A DNA stretch of 64,000 nucleotides from Vicinamibacterales bacterium (lineage in GTDB: Bacteria; Acidobacteriota; Vicinamibacteria; Vicinamibacterales; UBA2999), in assembly GCA_050185275.1 (NCBI GenBank), contig JBFWZN010000010.1:27487-91486 (forward strand). The letters are read 5' to 3'. A program made the position numbers and the translations under genes. The notes under the pieces are model-generated. The model did no database searches. It was not told the DNA's origin and saw only the letters and a list, made by a program, of their open reading frames with translations. Every line of letters begins with the position of its first letter. The first letter of the stretch is position 1. Shown here one piece after another: positions 50,687 to 59,865 of the stretch.

Positions 50687-50720
50687 GAGCCGCACGGGGG
50701 GGCAGCCCCCCGCACGGCTC
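50687..50720. terminator. strong GC hairpin between convergent genes (candidate bidirectional terminator)
   Basis: GAGCCG (50687-50692) pairs with CGGCTC (50715-50720). CGGGGGG (50695-50701) pairs with CCCCCCG (50706-50712). The stem has a 2x2 internal loop and a 4-nt apical loop. Confidence 0.55.
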
Positions 50721-50726
50721 TCGCGG

Positions 50727-51515
50727 TCATGGCTCCGGCAGGAGTTCGCCGCGGTACGTGATGGTCTGTCCCGTCGTCACCCGGACATCGAATTCCAGGG
50801 GGTCGTAGCCCGGGGAGACGATCTCGATACGGTACGCGCCTGGTTCGAGGCGTAGTCCCTGGAACGTGCCGTCGAAGTTGTCCACGATGCCTGCGTAGTA
50901 GCCGTTGACCAGTACTTGCGCGCTCCGCGGCGTGACGCGGAGGCGCACCTGGCCGGTCCCATAGGCATTCCCGTTGCTATAGACCGGCGGATACCACGGG
51001 TCGTACAGGTATCCCGCGCCGAACCCCGGTCCCCAGCCGCCTCCGAATCCGTTCCAGTACCCGAACGGTGCGTAGTAGCCGAACCCCGCGTAGTTCCTGG
51101 GGTAGTAGTAGTTGTAGACCCGCGGCGTGCGGTAGACCGTGACCGGTGGGGCAGGTCGCGCCACCCGGCCGCGCGGTACCGCCACTCCCCCCGGACGGTC
51201 GCGGGGCCCCGCCCGACGCTGTTCAGCCGTATCGACCGGCGCCGAGGGCCGCGTGCTGTCGATGCCGCGCGGTCTGTCTGGTGGGTTGGCGCGTCGGGCA
51301 CGAGCCCGGTCCTGCGCCCGGCCGGGGTCCTGCGCGGGCCGTGAGGGGGGTGCCTGCGGGTTCCGGGTCACGCCCCCACGGGGCACCGCGCGTCCTTCGC
51401 CCTGCGCAGCCGCTCCGCCTCCGCCCTGCCGCGGGGCCCGGCGGTTTCCGCCGTCCTGGGCGAACGCAGGCCCGCTCAGCAGGGCGAGGGCCAGCGTCAG
51501 ATGAATGAATCGCAT
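50727..51515 (-). CDS. secreted PEGA-domain protein with a disordered Arg/Pro-rich region and a Tyr/Gly/Trp-rich region
   Basis: Signal peptide [19 protein letters not shown]. The C-terminus [20 protein letters not shown]...[31 protein letters not shown] fits the PEGA pattern. RBS GAGGAGG is present. Confidence 0.7.
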   Translation of the reverse strand: MRFIHLTLALALLSGPAFAQDGGNRRAPRQGGGGAAAQGEGRAVPRGGVTRNPQAPPSRPAQDPGRAQDRARARRANPPDRPRGIDSTRPSAPVDTAEQRRAGPRDRPGGVAVPRGRVARPAPPVTVYRTPRVYNYYYPRNYAGFGYYAPFGYWNGFGGGWGPGFGAGYLYDPWYPPVYSNGNAYGTGQVRLRVTPRSAQVLVNGYYAGIVDNFDGTFQGLRLEPGAYRIEIVSPGYDPLEFDVRVTTGQTITYRGELLPEP

Positions 51516-51592
51516 ACCGCCTCCTCAGGTTCGTCCCAGACGCTACCGTGTGAAGCGCCCTCCGGGGTCGCTCTGCACCGAATCCCTGCTAG

Positions 51593-51609
51593 AGCAACCT
51601 TCCTGCCAA
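51593..51609 (-). promoter_or_regulatory. near-consensus sigma-54 promoter (TTGGCAGGAAGGTTGCT)
   Basis: On the minus strand TGGCAG-GAAGG-TTGCT has exact -24/-12 spacing. It lies about 78 nt upstream of ATG 51515. Confidence 0.6.
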
Positions 51610-51729
51610 GCGCGTGGGCCCCCCGCGCGGACCGTTCGAGCGCCTGCAGGCCGGACACGTCCCCATTCGTGGTCACCCGGGGGAACCGGGCTCTCGGGGG
51701 CAGGCTCCATCTTGAGGCATACTGGCCCG

Positions 51730-52257
51730 GTGATCGAGGCGACGACCATCCTCGCGGTGCGGCGGAGCGACCGGACAGTTCTGGCCGGGGACGGACAGGT
51801 GACCCTGGGCAACACCGTCCTGAAGCATAGAGCCCGGAAGGTCCGGCGCATGTACGACGACGCCATTCTCGCCGGTTTCGCCGGCTCGGCCGCCGATTCG
51901 TTTGCACTGTTCGCGCGGTTCGAGACCAAGCTGGAACAGTACCGGGGCAATCTCGAGCGCGCCGCCGTCGAGCTGGCTCGCGACTGGCGCACCGACCGTC
52001 TCCTGCGTCGGCTGGAGGCCATGCTCATTGTCGCCGACGCCCGCACGATGTTCGTCCTGTCGGGGACCGGGGATCTGATCGAGCCGGACGACGGCATCGT
52101 CGCCGTCGGCTCGGGTGGACCGTACGCCATGGCGGCCGCCAGGGCGCTGGCCAGACACAGCGAACTCGGCGCCCGCGCCATCGCCGAGGCCGCGATGACG
52201 ATCGCGTCGGAAATCTGCATCTATACCAACGCTGCCCTCACGATCGAAGAGCTGTAG
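51730..52257 (+). CDS. hslV: ATP-dependent protease subunit HslV
   Basis: GTG 51730 gives [27 protein letters not shown], a short propeptide before the catalytic Thr. GSGGPYA is also present. Confidence 0.92.
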   Translation: MIEATTILAVRRSDRTVLAGDGQVTLGNTVLKHRARKVRRMYDDAILAGFAGSAADSFALFARFETKLEQYRGNLERAAVELARDWRTDRLLRRLEAMLIVADARTMFVLSGTGDLIEPDDGIVAVGSGGPYAMAAARALARHSELGARAIAEAAMTIASEICIYTNAALTIEEL

Positions 52258-53648
52258 TGGCCATCTCCCTGCCGGAACGCACGACGACAGCCATCGAGCA
52301 TCTCACCCCGCGGGAGATTGTCGCGGAACTGGACCGGCACGTCGTCGGTCAGGCCAGGGCGAAGCGCGCGGTGGCCATCGCCCTCCGGAACCGGATTCGC
52401 CGCCAGCGGCTCGCACCGGAACTCGCCGCCGAGGTCACGCCCAAGAACATCCTGATGATTGGTCCCACGGGAGTGGGGAAGACCGAGATCGCCAGGCGCC
52501 TGGCGAAGCTCGCCCAGTCACCCTTCATCAAGGTGGAGGCCTCCAAGTTCACGGAAGTGGGCTACGTGGGTCGGGACGTGGAATCGATGGTGCGCGACCT
52601 GGTGGAACTGGCCGTGGACATGGTGCGGAGCGAGCGCCTCGAGGCCGTCCGCGACCGCGCGCGGGATGCGGCCGAGGAACGGCTGCTCGACCTCCTGTTG
52701 CCACCTGCCCGTACGCCCGACGCCGCGAGCCAGGAGCCGGGACGCTCACCCTCCGAGGCGCACGGACGCACCCGGGAGCGGATGCGCGAGCAGCTGCGGG
52801 CCGGACGGCTCGATGACCGTACCGTGGAGCTCGACGTGCGCGAGGCCGGGATGCCGCCGTTCGAGGTCGTCGGCGGCAACTCGATGGAGGAGATCGGCCT
52901 CAACCTCAAGGAGATGATGGGCGGTCTGTTTCAGGGCCGGACCAGGTCGAAGAAGCTGCGCGTGCCCGATGCCCTGACGCACCTGGTCACCGAAGAGCAG
53001 GCCAAGCTCGTCGACGCCGAATCCGTGAGCCGCTCGGCCGTGCAGCGGGTCGAGGAGGCGGGCATCGTCTTCATCGACGAGATCGACAAGATCGCCAGCC
53101 GCGAGGGGAGCGGCGGTGGCGGTCCGGACGTGAGCCGCGAAGGTGTGCAGCGCGACATCCTGCCGATCGTGGAAGGTACGACCGTGAATTCGAAGCACGG
53201 CATGGTGCGCACCGATCACATCCTGTTCATCGCCGCGGGGGCCTTTCACGTGTCGCGTCCCTCGGACCTGATTCCGGAACTGCAGGGGCGATTCCCCATC
53301 AGGGTCGAGCTCGAACCGCTGACCCGTGACGACTTCGTGCGCATCCTCACGGAGCCGCGCAGTGCCCTCATCACCCAGTACGCCGCGCTGCTGGCCACCG
53401 AGGACGTGCGCCTCCGGTTCACCGACGACGCCGTGGTCCGGCTCGCAGACTTCGCCGCCCGGGTGAACGACACCACCGAGAACATCGGAGCCCGACGGCT
53501 CCACACGGTCATGGAGCGTGTCCTCGACGACCTCCTCTTCGACGCCTCCGACCTCCGGGATCAGGAGGTGGTCGTGGACGAGGCGTACGTCGACCGGATG
53601 CTGGCCGACATCGTCAAGGACGAGGACCTCTCCCGCTACGTGCTCTGA
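52257..53648 (+). CDS. hslU: ATP-dependent protease ATPase subunit HslU
   Basis: [56 protein letters not shown]. Confidence 0.97.
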   Translation: MAISLPERTTTAIEHLTPREIVAELDRHVVGQARAKRAVAIALRNRIRRQRLAPELAAEVTPKNILMIGPTGVGKTEIARRLAKLAQSPFIKVEASKFTEVGYVGRDVESMVRDLVELAVDMVRSERLEAVRDRARDAAEERLLDLLLPPARTPDAASQEPGRSPSEAHGRTRERMREQLRAGRLDDRTVELDVREAGMPPFEVVGGNSMEEIGLNLKEMMGGLFQGRTRSKKLRVPDALTHLVTEEQAKLVDAESVSRSAVQRVEEAGIVFIDEIDKIASREGSGGGGPDVSREGVQRDILPIVEGTTVNSKHGMVRTDHILFIAAGAFHVSRPSDLIPELQGRFPIRVELEPLTRDDFVRILTEPRSALITQYAALLATEDVRLRFTDDAVVRLADFAARVNDTTENIGARRLHTVMERVLDDLLFDASDLRDQEVVVDEAYVDRMLADIVKDEDLSRYVL

Positions 53649-53655
53649 TGTCGCC

Positions 53656-54216
53656 TCACCGTCCCGCCTGACCGTCGAGTTCGAGCCCCACACGCGCCTC
53701 GACCTCCCTCGCCCGCCGCGTCTCGAGCGTCATCCGTCCTCGCGTCCCCCGCCCCGTGACCCAGCCGATTGCGCTGATGGCCGACACCAGGGAGTCGGCG
53801 TCGGTGACGGCAGCGTTGGCGGCAATCTCGGCGGCGTGCTGGAGTTCGTGCGCGAGCACCGCCAGTGCGCGCCGCTCGGGCAGGCCCCAGGCGATATCCA
53901 CGAACACGTAACGTGCGCAGCCGGCCTCGCCCGCGAGCATGGTTCGTCCGTGGGTGCGCGAGGTGAGCGACGGATCGAGCCGCACGTACACGATGACGTC
54001 GGATCGCGCGATGGTGCGCTGCAGGTTGCGGATGGACGGCGAGCGCAGCAGGCCCTGGCGGACCAGCGCCTCGGAGACCTCGTTGACGCCACGCAGGTGC
54101 GGAGTGTCCGCATGCTCGTCCGCCCACGGCGACCGGGTCTGTGCAGCTGCGGTGGCTGCGCCGCCGAGGAGGAGCAGGATCAGGATCGGGATGAGCGGCC
54201 GATGGATGAGTGCCAT
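53656..54216 (-). CDS. secreted hypothetical protein with an HExxH motif (AHELQHAAE)
   Basis: Signal peptide MALIHRPLIPILILLLLGGAATAAAQ. 186 aa. It is a distant paralogue of the protein at 7947..8615. Confidence 0.6.
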   Translation of the reverse strand: MALIHRPLIPILILLLLGGAATAAAQTRSPWADEHADTPHLRGVNEVSEALVRQGLLRSPSIRNLQRTIARSDVIVYVRLDPSLTSRTHGRTMLAGEAGCARYVFVDIAWGLPERRALAVLAHELQHAAEIAANAAVTDADSLVSAISAIGWVTGRGTRGRMTLETRRAREVEARVGLELDGQAGR

Positions 54217-54228
54217 GGCGAACTGCTC

Positions 54229-54243
54229 GCAAGACCGACGCCA
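54229..54243 (-). promoter_or_regulatory. sigma-54-type -24/-12 promoter candidate abutting the start codon
   Basis: On the minus strand TGGCGTCGGTCTTGC matches TGGC-N7-TTGC. Only 12 nt separate the GC from ATG 54216. Confidence 0.35.
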
Positions 54244-54495
54244 TCTCCGCTGCCGTCATGTCACATGCAATTCGCACTGTGAAATCGAGCCGCATTCGGT
54301 AGAATGCGTTTGTCGGTGGACTCGCCAAAAAATACATAAATGTCTGCCGACTGATTCCTTGCTACAAATCCTGATGCCGCTGCCCGGACCGCCGCCACCC
54401 TGCGGCACCGTGGCGCCGGCTTTCCGTCACACGGCGTCCGCCGTGGCGGCTCAGGGCGGGCGGATCCCGGGCTTCCGGAGAATGAGGTTAGGTGT

Positions 54496-56103
54496 ATGGC
54501 CGCAGGCAGGCAGGAGTCCGACTCGGCGCCAGACTCGGGGGGAGCACGGCGACTGTCGACGCTGCTCGAGATCAGCCAGGCGCTCTCGGGCACGCTGAAT
54601 CTCAAAGCCGCGCTCCAGCGCGTGCTGGGTATCCTGATTCGCCATCACAGCGTGGCGCGCGGCATGGTGACGCTGTTGCGCGACAACGAGCTCCGGGTCG
54701 AAGCCATCGAGGGCTTCGAGGACCGCGCCAGGGCCATTCGATACCGTGTCGGCGAGGGCATCACGGGGAAGGTCGTGGAAAGCGGACGGCCCATCGTCGT
54801 GCCCCGCATCAGCAAGGAGCCGGCCTTCCTGCATCGTGCCGCGCACCGTACCGATGGCGGCCGGGGGGAACTGAGCTTCATCTGCGTCCCGGTCGTGGTG
54901 CAGCGGGCGACGGTGGGAGCGCTCGCCGTCGACCTGCGGTTCCGCGCCGAGCGCGACTACGAGAGCAGCGTGAAGTTCTTCGGCATCGTGAGCTCCATGA
55001 TCGCGCAGGCGCTCAACGTGCAGCGCCTGGTCGAGGAGGAACGCCGGCGCCTCGTGGACGAGAACACGCACCTCCGGCAGGAGCTCCGGGAGCGGTACGA
55101 CTTCTCGAACATCATCGGGACCAGCGGGCCCACGAGGCTCATGTACGAGCAGGTCGCGCAGGTGGCCACGAGCAACACGACCGTGCTCATTCGCGGCGAG
55201 TCGGGCACCGGCAAGGAACTCATCGCGCACGCCATTCATTACAATTCGCTGCGGGCCAAGAAGCCCTTCGTGAAGGTGAGCTGCGCTGCGCTCCCGGATA
55301 CCCTCATCGAGTCCGAACTGTTCGGCTATGAGAAGGGCGCCTTCACCGGTGCAAACGCCCGCAAGAAGGGGCGCTTCGAGCTCGCGGAGGGGGGGACGCT
55401 CTTCCTCGACGAAATCGGGGACGTGAACCTGAGCACGCAGGTGAAGCTCCTGCGCGTGCTGCAGGAGCGCGAGTTCGAGCGGCTCGGCGGGACCGACCCC
55501 GTGAAGATCAACGTCCGTCTGATCGCGGCGACGAACAAGGACATGGAGAAGGCCATCGCCGAAGGCGCCTTCCGTGAAGACCTCTACTACCGGCTCAATG
55601 TGTTCACCATCTTCGTGCCGCCCCTGCGCGAACGGAAGGCGGACATGCTCCTGCTGGCGGACCACTTCCTGGAGAAGTTCTCCCGCGAGCACGGGAAGGT
55701 CATCAAGCGCATCTCCACGCCGGCCATCGACATGCTCATGAGCTATCACTGGCCCGGCAACGTGCGCGAACTCGAGAACGCACTCGAGCGGGCGGTGCTC
55801 GTGTGCGACGGGGCCGTCATTCACGGGCACCACCTTCCGCCGTCGCTGCAGACGGCCGACGCATCCGGCACGGTCACACGCGTCTCGCTGCGGGACGCCG
55901 TGGCCGCCTACGAGCGCGACCTCATCCTCGACGCCCTGAAAACGACCCGGGGCAACCGCGCAAAGGCCGCGCGGCTGCTCGACACGACCGAGCGCATCCT
56001 CAACTACAAGGTGCGGGGGCACAGCATCGACGTCGGGCGTTTCAAGACCCCCGGCGTGCGCCGCGAGCACGACGATGAGGCCGGTGCCGATCCGCTCGCC
56101 TGA
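54496..56103 (+). CDS. GAF-domain sigma-54-dependent transcriptional activator (NifA-type architecture)
   Basis: N-terminal GAF ([18 protein letters not shown]...[17 protein letters not shown]), an AAA+ domain with GESGTGKE and GAFTGA, and a C-terminal HTH ([12 protein letters not shown]). Confidence 0.9.
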   Translation: MAAGRQESDSAPDSGGARRLSTLLEISQALSGTLNLKAALQRVLGILIRHHSVARGMVTLLRDNELRVEAIEGFEDRARAIRYRVGEGITGKVVESGRPIVVPRISKEPAFLHRAAHRTDGGRGELSFICVPVVVQRATVGALAVDLRFRAERDYESSVKFFGIVSSMIAQALNVQRLVEEERRRLVDENTHLRQELRERYDFSNIIGTSGPTRLMYEQVAQVATSNTTVLIRGESGTGKELIAHAIHYNSLRAKKPFVKVSCAALPDTLIESELFGYEKGAFTGANARKKGRFELAEGGTLFLDEIGDVNLSTQVKLLRVLQEREFERLGGTDPVKINVRLIAATNKDMEKAIAEGAFREDLYYRLNVFTIFVPPLRERKADMLLLADHFLEKFSREHGKVIKRISTPAIDMLMSYHWPGNVRELENALERAVLVCDGAVIHGHHLPPSLQTADASGTVTRVSLRDAVAAYERDLILDALKTTRGNRAKAARLLDTTERILNYKVRGHSIDVGRFKTPGVRREHDDEAGADPLA

Positions 56104-57505
56104 CGGCGGCAGGGCCCGACGGTTCAGGGCCGTCGGCGCTGGCGGCCGAGGCAGGCGTGTACCGGTGCTGGCCGGCGCGGCGCTGCTGCTGGCACTGGCC
56201 GGCGGGTGCGGCAAGAAGGGGCCGCCGCTCGCGCCGTTCGTGCGCATACCTGCGGGCGTCGAGACGATCACGGCGCGTCGCCTTGGATCCGACGTATTCG
56301 TCACATTGACGGTCCCCTCCGACAATATTGATGAGTCGACGCCCGCCGCGGTCGCTCGCATCGACGTGTACGCCTATACCGGCACGACACCCCCGCCACG
56401 AGCGCGCTGGGTGGAACTGGGGACGCGCGTGGCGTCGATCCCCGGGGCGGCGGACATGCGCAGTCCTGAGCAGTCCTCCGAGGACCGGTCAGCGCAAGAG
56501 GCGGAGGCCCCGCCTGCCGGGGGAGACACCGGGGACCAGCGGTCGCCGGCGGCGGAGCCGGAGGGTGTGGTCCCCGGCGCCGTCGTGACCCTGCGCGACA
56601 CGTTGACCGCGGCCGCGCTCACGCCGCCCGTCGCGCCGGCCGCCGTGTCGCCCGCCGGACGGGGCACCGTACCGCCGCTCGTGCCGCCCACGGTGCCGCC
56701 GGTCTCGCCCCCGGTTGGCCCTGGCGAAGCAGGGCGAGGCGGTGGCACGCGTGAGGGTGCGACGCTTCGGCGGTACTACACCGCCATCCCGTTCGCGCCG
56801 GATGGACGGCCCGGTCCTCCTGGTGCCGTGGCCGTTCTTGCCCTTGCCACCGTGCCGCCCCCGCCCGTCGCTGTGTCGGCCTCCTTCACCGAGACCGACA
56901 TCGTGGTGCAGTGGCGAATGGCGCCATCTGCCGTTCCCCCACCTACCGTGCCCCCGGCAGACGGCGCGGCGCCATCGCGGCTCCGCTTCAATCTCTATCG
57001 TCTGCCCGGGCCCACGGAGACCGCGCCACAACCGTCCTGGCCGGCGGCCGTGCCCACTGCGGTGACGGCCCAGCCCATCGACGCCACGGAGTTTCGCGAG
57101 CCCGTTGCGTTCGGCGAGCAGCGCTGCTACGTCGTGCGCACCGTCGCGCCCGCTCCCGACGCGGCCGAGAGCGAGGCGGCTGCTCCCGCGTGCGTGACGC
57201 CGCAGGACACGTTTGCGCCCGATCCGCCGCGTGGGCTCTCTGCGCTGGCCGTGGAGGGTGCCATCAATCTGCTCTGGGAGCCCGGGACGGAGGCCGATCT
57301 GGCTGGCTACCTGGTCTTGCGCGGTTCGCCGGGCGATGCCACACTGCAGCGGCTCACGCCCCTGCCCATCGCCGAAGCCCGATTCCGGGACCAGGCGGTC
57401 GTGTCCGGTGTCGCGTACGAGTACGCGGTGGTGGCGGTGGACCGGCGACAGCCCTCGGGGAACGTCAGTGATGAGTCGAACCGGGTGACCGAGACCGCCC
57501 GGTGA
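56075..57505 (+). CDS. lipoprotein with Pro-rich middle region and FN3-like C-terminal domain
   Basis: Lipobox LALAGGC is followed by GKKGPPLAP. The C-terminus [22 protein letters not shown]...LAGYLVLRG...[12 protein letters not shown]...GNVS has an FN3-like pattern. The start overlaps the upstream gene by 29 nt. Confidence 0.6.
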   Translation: MRPVPIRSPDGGRARRFRAVGAGGRGRRVPVLAGAALLLALAGGCGKKGPPLAPFVRIPAGVETITARRLGSDVFVTLTVPSDNIDESTPAAVARIDVYAYTGTTPPPRARWVELGTRVASIPGAADMRSPEQSSEDRSAQEAEAPPAGGDTGDQRSPAAEPEGVVPGAVVTLRDTLTAAALTPPVAPAAVSPAGRGTVPPLVPPTVPPVSPPVGPGEAGRGGGTREGATLRRYYTAIPFAPDGRPGPPGAVAVLALATVPPPPVAVSASFTETDIVVQWRMAPSAVPPPTVPPADGAAPSRLRFNLYRLPGPTETAPQPSWPAAVPTAVTAQPIDATEFREPVAFGEQRCYVVRTVAPAPDAAESEAAAPACVTPQDTFAPDPPRGLSALAVEGAINLLWEPGTEADLAGYLVLRGSPGDATLQRLTPLPIAEARFRDQAVVSGVAYEYAVVAVDRRQPSGNVSDESNRVTETAR

Positions 57506-57557
57506 CCGCGCACCGGGCCCCGCAGGCCATCAGCCTGCCTTCTCTATCGGAGGTTTC

Positions 57558-58211
57558 ATGAAGCTCTTCGTCGACACCGGCAACGTGGCCGAGATCGAAC
57601 CCCTCGCCAGCCTCGGGGTGCTCGATGGTGTCACCACCAACCCGTCGCTCATGGCCCGTGTCAGTGGCGACCCGCGCGAGACGCTGAAGGCGATCTGTCG
57701 CATCGTGCAGGGCCCGGTCAGCGCAGAGGTGGTGACCACCGAGGCGGCCGACATGGTCCGCGAAGGCCGCGAACTCGCCGCCATCGACGAGCACATCGTG
57801 GTCAAGGTTCCCTTCACCAAGGACGGCGTCCGGGCGTGCCGGACCCTGGCCGACGAGAGCATCCGCGTCAACGTGACGCTGATCTTCTCCGCGACCCAGG
57901 CCTGGCTGGCCGCAAAGGCCGGCGCGGCCTACGTGAGCCCCTTCGTCGGACGCCTCGACGACATCGGCGCCACGGGCATGCAGCTCATCAGGGAGATTGT
58001 CGACATCTTCGACAACTTCGAGTTCGGGACCGAGGTGCTCGTGGCGAGCGTCCGCCATCCGATTCACATCGTCGAAGCGGCGCGGATGGGAGCCGATGTC
58101 GTCACCGTGCCCCCTGCGGTGATCGAGCAGTGCTTCAAGCATCCGCTCACCGACATCGGCCTCGAGCGCTTCCTCAAGGACTGGGAGAAGGCCCAGGCCG
58201 CTCGCGCCTGA
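57558..58211 (+). CDS. fsa: fructose-6-phosphate aldolase / short transaldolase (subfamily 3B)
   Basis: [16 protein letters not shown]...GVTTNPSL...VKVPFT (Schiff-base Lys context). RBS GGAGG is present. Confidence 0.9.
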   Translation: MKLFVDTGNVAEIEPLASLGVLDGVTTNPSLMARVSGDPRETLKAICRIVQGPVSAEVVTTEAADMVREGRELAAIDEHIVVKVPFTKDGVRACRTLADESIRVNVTLIFSATQAWLAAKAGAAYVSPFVGRLDDIGATGMQLIREIVDIFDNFEFGTEVLVASVRHPIHIVEAARMGADVVTVPPAVIEQCFKHPLTDIGLERFLKDWEKAQAARA

Positions 58212-58224
58212 CGCCCTCCATCCC

Positions 58225-59769
58225 ATGCCCGACCGGGACGCCTTTCTCGCCGACCTCCGGCGGCGCGCTGAGCTCGGCGGCGGCGAGGAGCGGCTGCGGC
58301 GCCAGCGCGAAGCCGGCAAGCTCACGGCGCGCGAGCGCATCGACCTGCTGTTCGATGCCGGGACGTTCGAGGAGATCGACAAGCTGGTCACCCACCGGTG
58401 CCGCGACTTCGGCATGGACGCCCAGCTGGTCCCTGGTGACGGCGTGGTGGGGGGGCGCGGCCGCGTCGATGGGCGCCTGGTCTACGCCTTCGCCCAGGAC
58501 TTCACGGTGTTCGGCGGATCGCTCTCCGAGACCAACGCCGCCAAGATCGTCAAGCTGATGGATCTGGCCGTCACGGTGGGGGCGCCCATCATCGGCCTGA
58601 ACGACTCGGGTGGGGCGCGCATCCAGGAAGGTGTGCTGTCGCTCGGCGGCTATGCGGACATCTTCCTGCGCAACACCCTGGCGTCCGGGGTCGTGCCGCA
58701 GGTGTCGGCGGTGATGGGGCCGTGCGCCGGCGGGGCCGTCTACTCGCCGGCCATCACCGACTTCACCATCATGGTGAAGGGCACGAGCCACATGTTCGTG
58801 ACGGGCCCCGACGTCGTGCGCACCGTCACGCATGAGGACGTCTCCAAGGAGGCCCTCGGCGGCGCGATGACCCACAACGAGGTCAGCGGCGTCGCGCACT
58901 TCGCGGTGGACGACGACGCGGCGTGCATCCGGCTCATTCGCGAGCTGCTGGCGCTGCTGCCCTCGAACAACGTGGACGATCCGCCGCGGGTGACACCCAC
59001 CGATCCCGTGGACCGGGCGGACGAGGCGCTCGACACCCTCGTCCCTGCTGCGCCCAGCCAGGCGTACGACATGCTCGACGTGATCCGTGCCGTCGTGGAC
59101 GATGGCTACTTCCTCGAGGTACACCAGCACTTCGCCCGCAATCTCCTGGTGGGCCTGGCCAGACTCGGGGGCTGGCCGGTGGGGATCGTGGCGAACCAGC
59201 CCGCCCACCTGGCCGGCACGCTCGACATCGACGCGTCCATCAAGGGGGCGCGGTTCGTGCGCTTCTGCGACGCGTTCAACGTGCCGCTGGTGACCTTCGA
59301 GGACGTGCCCGGCTTCCTGCCCGGCACGATGCAGGAGTTTGGCGGGATCATCCGGCACGGCGCCAAGCTGCTCTACGCGTACGCCGAGGCGACGGTGCCC
59401 AAGCTCACCGTCATCACCCGCAAGGCCTACGGCGGGGCCTACTGCGTGATGTCGAGCAAGCACCTGCGGACCGACGTGAACTTCGCATGGCCGACGGCGG
59501 AAATCGCCGTGATGGGCGCCGAGGGCGCCGTCAACCTGCTGTACCGGCGCGAATTCGAGACGGCCGCCGATGTCGAGGCCGCGCGCGCCGCGCGTGTGGC
59601 CGAGTACCGCGAGAAGTTCGCCAACCCGTACGTGGCGGCCCGCCACGGTTTCGTGGACGAAGTGATCCGCCCGCGCGACACGCGCCCCCGGCTGGTGGCC
59701 GCCCTCCACGGCCTGGACGGTAAGCGTCAGCGCAACCCGCCGCGCAAGCACGGCAACATCCCGCTCTGA
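58225..59769 (+). CDS. acyl-CoA carboxylase carboxyltransferase (beta) subunit, propionyl-/methylmalonyl-CoA type
   Basis: [52 protein letters not shown]. Confidence 0.9.
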   Translation: MPDRDAFLADLRRRAELGGGEERLRRQREAGKLTARERIDLLFDAGTFEEIDKLVTHRCRDFGMDAQLVPGDGVVGGRGRVDGRLVYAFAQDFTVFGGSLSETNAAKIVKLMDLAVTVGAPIIGLNDSGGARIQEGVLSLGGYADIFLRNTLASGVVPQVSAVMGPCAGGAVYSPAITDFTIMVKGTSHMFVTGPDVVRTVTHEDVSKEALGGAMTHNEVSGVAHFAVDDDAACIRLIRELLALLPSNNVDDPPRVTPTDPVDRADEALDTLVPAAPSQAYDMLDVIRAVVDDGYFLEVHQHFARNLLVGLARLGGWPVGIVANQPAHLAGTLDIDASIKGARFVRFCDAFNVPLVTFEDVPGFLPGTMQEFGGIIRHGAKLLYAYAEATVPKLTVITRKAYGGAYCVMSSKHLRTDVNFAWPTAEIAVMGAEGAVNLLYRREFETAADVEAARAARVAEYREKFANPYVAARHGFVDEVIRPRDTRPRLVAALHGLDGKRQRNPPRKHGNIPL

Positions 59770-59806
59770 GCGCGCTCGCAGCATCGCAGGCCGCGCGGCG
59801 GTCAGG

Positions 59807-59815
59807 TGCTAGAAT
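59807..59815 (+). promoter_or_regulatory. extended -10 promoter candidate (TGcTAGAAT)
   Basis: TGCTAGAAT lies 50 nt upstream of GTG 59866 in the 96-nt gap before the biotin carboxylase gene. Confidence 0.35.
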
Positions 59816-59865
59816 TGGCCCGCGTTGCCTGCGATCCGGCACCTGCCCCTCAGCCAGACGACTGC

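Noticed and set aside
57524-57538. AGGCC-N7-CTGC upstream of fsa as a sigma-54 promoter.
   Set aside because: Only the GG and GC dinucleotides match. It would leave a ~10-nt leader that clashes with the clear GGAGG RBS.
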